A program made the translations under genes and the position numbers. A stretch of 20,000 nucleotides of DNA. Source: an uncultured virus (IMG/VR IMGVR_UViG_3300020576_006994). Its lineage: Duplodnaviria; Heunggongvirae; Uroviricota; Caudoviricetes. The stretch lies in the IMG/VR virus record IMGVR_UViG_3300020576_006994, one strand, 5' to 3'. Below are positions 19,452 through 20,000 of the stretch, one piece after another. Under the pieces are notes generated by a model that was not told the origin of the DNA, searched no databases, and saw nothing but the letters and a program-made list of their open reading frames with translations. The first letter of the stretch is position 1; each line of letters starts with the position of its first letter.

Positions 19452-20000
19452 GACTATTTTTGGAGTCCATAACCATCCACTGTCGCTTGATAGTGGAAAC
19501 ACCGTAAAACACTTCTTGACGTCCGCAGCTAAAGATTTTGGCCGGACGTCAATTGCTATTACAGACCATGGACAGCTTGGCGCCATTATCGAAGCAGATT
19601 AGGTCGCAAAAGACTTAAAGAAGAAGGGCATTGATCTAACTATCGTCCCAGGCATCGAGCTATACCTGATTCCTGACGACAAAGAGGATGTCTGGGAGCT
19701 AGATAAAAAGGGAAACAAGAAGTTCCAATACTATCACGTCACTGTTCATTTCGAGGATTTCGAGGCTTACCTAGATGGGTGTAAGCTTTCTCGAGCTGCG
19801 TTTGATCGAGCAAAGTGGAAGGGCGGTGAACTTAAGCCGATGACCACATGGAGCGAGCTTGAGTCACTCAGCGGAAAGGTCACATTAACTAGCTCCTGCT
19901 TGGTCGGATAGGTCTTAAAGCCGTTCTTAATTGGAAAAAAAGAGCAAAGCGAGTACAACTTTCTTCGCCTAAAAGCTATTTAGGGTCCAGGCCGTTTCTT
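19432..20000 (+). CDS. dnaE: DNA polymerase III alpha-like PHP domain, N-terminal part (runs off the right edge); 3 in-frame TAG
   Basis: ATG 19432 with GGAG RBS; HNH..SLD, SIAITDHG, IVPGIELY, YYHVTV, LTSSCLVG; frame open to the window end when TAG is read through. Confidence 0.78.

Noticed and set aside
10084..19958. Minus-strand track ORFs (10442..10933, 11230..11577, 14728..15114, 15328..15660, 16646..16969, etc.)
   Set aside because: Antisense to well-supported plus-strand genes.
1..20000. TAG=Gln (translation table 15), the known phage amber recoding
   Set aside because: Gln is implausible at buried or small-residue motif sites (TTS*TIL, MKI*IVGD, LP**, D*ILFLGD, IKG*IRR, LS*VD, EI*, TI*). 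A few sites would suit Gln (sigma EDFV*TAN at 6564, GHIHTQ*), but they tolerate Ala and are a minority.
1..20000. TAG=Ser, Leu, Val, Cys, Tyr or pyrrolysine
   Set aside because: Each fits some sites (Ser: NSL*VSK, WTY*G; Leu/Val: WY*AI, AIT*GL). Only Ala fits both hydrophobic-strand sites and exposed helical or turn sites such as YK*GD, YQQ*AL, SE*N and NQ*VKK. Ser is the runner-up and needs a formal profile test. Pyl is too bulky for these positions.
1..20000. Decayed prophage or mass pseudogenisation
   Set aside because: All interruptions are TAG; I found no in-frame TAA/TGA or frameshifts in about 24 genes, and catalytic motifs and gene overlaps are intact.

Overview
The window is a 20 kb piece of a large tailed-phage genome with two divergent, tightly packed gene arms. 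The minus arm (1-9945) holds portal, a virion-like protein, terminase subunits, an SbcD-like nuclease, a GroES-like protein, a sigma-70-like factor, an SF2 helicase and a large orphan. The plus arm (10067-20000) holds a GroEL-like chaperonin, an SbcC/Rad50-like ATPase, HNH, MazG-like, a second metallophosphoesterase and the PHP domain of a DnaE-type polymerase. The standard-code ORF track looks shredded because TAG is a sense codon here. Reading through TAG gives about 24 genes (22 complete, 2 cut by the window edges); the complete ones end in TAA/TGA, often with ATGA/TAATG overlaps, and together they carry roughly 140 in-frame TAGs by manual count. At conserved motif positions these TAGs fall where alanine is expected, not glutamine (e.g. 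GroEL GDNTTS*TIL, helicase DESHSLP**, MKI*IVGDLH, YRC*SCG, portal NGR*AR). This points to an amber-to-alanine genetic code, which I do not know from any phage or prokaryote. All translations and motif comparisons were done by eye; no alignments or database searches were run.
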